Source: an uncultured Nitrososphaeraceae archaeon (GTDB taxonomy: Archaea > Thermoproteota > Nitrososphaeria > Nitrososphaerales > Nitrososphaeraceae). From it: 64,000 bases of DNA. The position numbers and the translations under genes are program-made. Of this stretch, positions 63,060 through 64,000 are shown in pieces; the first letter of the stretch is position 1; the number at the start of each line of letters is the position of its first letter. Location of the stretch: the NCBI GenBank assembly GCA_963779615.1, contig CAVZZA010000003.1, forward strand, positions 1,056,001 to 1,120,000, read 5' to 3'. The notes below the pieces were generated by a model. It was not told the origin of the DNA and ran no database searches. It saw only the letters and a program-made list of their open reading frames with translations.

Positions 63060-63722
63060 TTATAAAAATCCCCTTTTTGGAATTTTCATTCCAAAAACAT
63101 TTATGGTTTCATCTTTGGAGGCTGCAAACCTTTCCACAATTGACCAATTTTCCTTTATAATTCCTGCCACTTCATGTGGGACATATCTTTGCCATGCCAA
63201 TCCGTCTGTGATTGCAGTGGAATTGGAATCTAATACACTCGAATACAGCATTTCTTTAACATTGGATGATGATATTTGCATTCTTTTAGCTTTGAGGGGA
63301 TGAAATCCATGAATTAATAGCATTATCCTTTCAGACAAATCACCAGTATAGGAAACAAACCTTTCTTCTGGCATTCCCTTTATTATTTGATCTTTGAACT
63401 TGCGTGAAAGTGGGGAAACTAGCTGTGGGAGGTACTTGACATATGGTGAATTAAAATAGTAATTCGGCAAAACCTTTACTGTTTTGTCATCATCAAATAC
63501 CGACTCAACCATTTTTCTTCGAATGGCATAAGGGAACGGAAAGCTTCTAGTGTTTACCTCTTTGTTGTCGCTGAGGAAAACCACTGGAAAAACATACACC
63601 CTATACTTTTCCCTCAAGTTAGAGATTATATTTGCATGGGAGTTGGTTAAAGGATTGAAATGACCCAGAAAGACAACAGCGGAAGGCATCGACAATTGCC
63701 TGAATACGATAAAATCATTCAC
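63060..63722 (-). CDS. HIGH-type nucleotidyltransferase (cytidylyltransferase-like)
   Basis: FLGHFNPLTNSH, PFPYAIRRKM, ISSSNVK and WQRYVP; the start may be at MPSAVV. Confidence 0.8.
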   Translation of the reverse strand: MNDFIVFRQLSMPSAVVFLGHFNPLTNSHANIISNLREKYRVYVFPVVFLSDNKEVNTRSFPFPYAIRRKMVESVFDDDKTVKVLPNYYFNSPYVKYLPQLVSPLSRKFKDQIIKGMPEERFVSYTGDLSERIMLLIHGFHPLKAKRMQISSSNVKEMLYSSVLDSNSTAITDGLAWQRYVPHEVAGIIKENWSIVERFAASKDETINVFGMKIPKRGFL

Positions 63723-64000
63723 TAAATGAACTTTATCTTTTCCATTTTTTTGTTATGTGGGGGCTTTTCATTTACAGAAAAAAAAGGGGATGATTCCATG
63801 TCTCCTTTCATATGGTCTGCAACAACAAAAGACACTACAAGGAAAATTTATGGATAAAATCAAGTTTGACAAAAAAGAGGTTTAAGACGTATTCAACACA
63901 GGTTATTGAAAAAGGTAAATTATTTTTTATTAAGGCAATTTAGTATTGATATAATCAATCAGATATCTTGTACTGGCTTTTTGCCTCGTCTTTGGATATC

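Overview
AT-rich archaeal DNA whose gene content points to a soil ammonia-oxidising archaeon (Nitrososphaeraceae, Nitrosocosmicus-like); this is an inference from gene families, not a database match. Positions 1-19.5 kb are mostly core-type genes: malic enzyme, a YbjT-like oxidoreductase, a B12-binding protein with a CarH-like Wx9EH motif, IMPase/FBPase, herA, rad50, mre11, a UbiD decarboxylase and an MBL-fold protein. Several of these are split by single-base indels, which look like assembly errors. From about 19.8 kb to 61 kb the window is a mosaic accessory region. It holds IS6, IS630 and IS5 remnants, two IS6-type MITEs, an integrase relic, repeated degenerate tRNA 3'-end (att-like) copies and several pseudogenes. 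Its intact cargo includes a DUF1611 gene coupled to an ABC exporter fused to an M14 peptidase, a CapA-family protein, two paralogous secreted DTG/NTG aspartic-protease-like proteins, topoisomerase IA, an isoaspartyl peptidase, a repeat-rich secreted protein, a histidine kinase, Hsp20, two wHTH-methyltransferases and a mosaic secreted TPR protein. A PLD and a nucleotidyltransferase close the window. No rRNA, intact tRNA or CRISPR array was seen. The best candidates for an undescribed system are the DUF1611/ABC-M14 fusion operon (with nearby CapA), the DTG/NTG protease pair and the CarH-like B12 protein.
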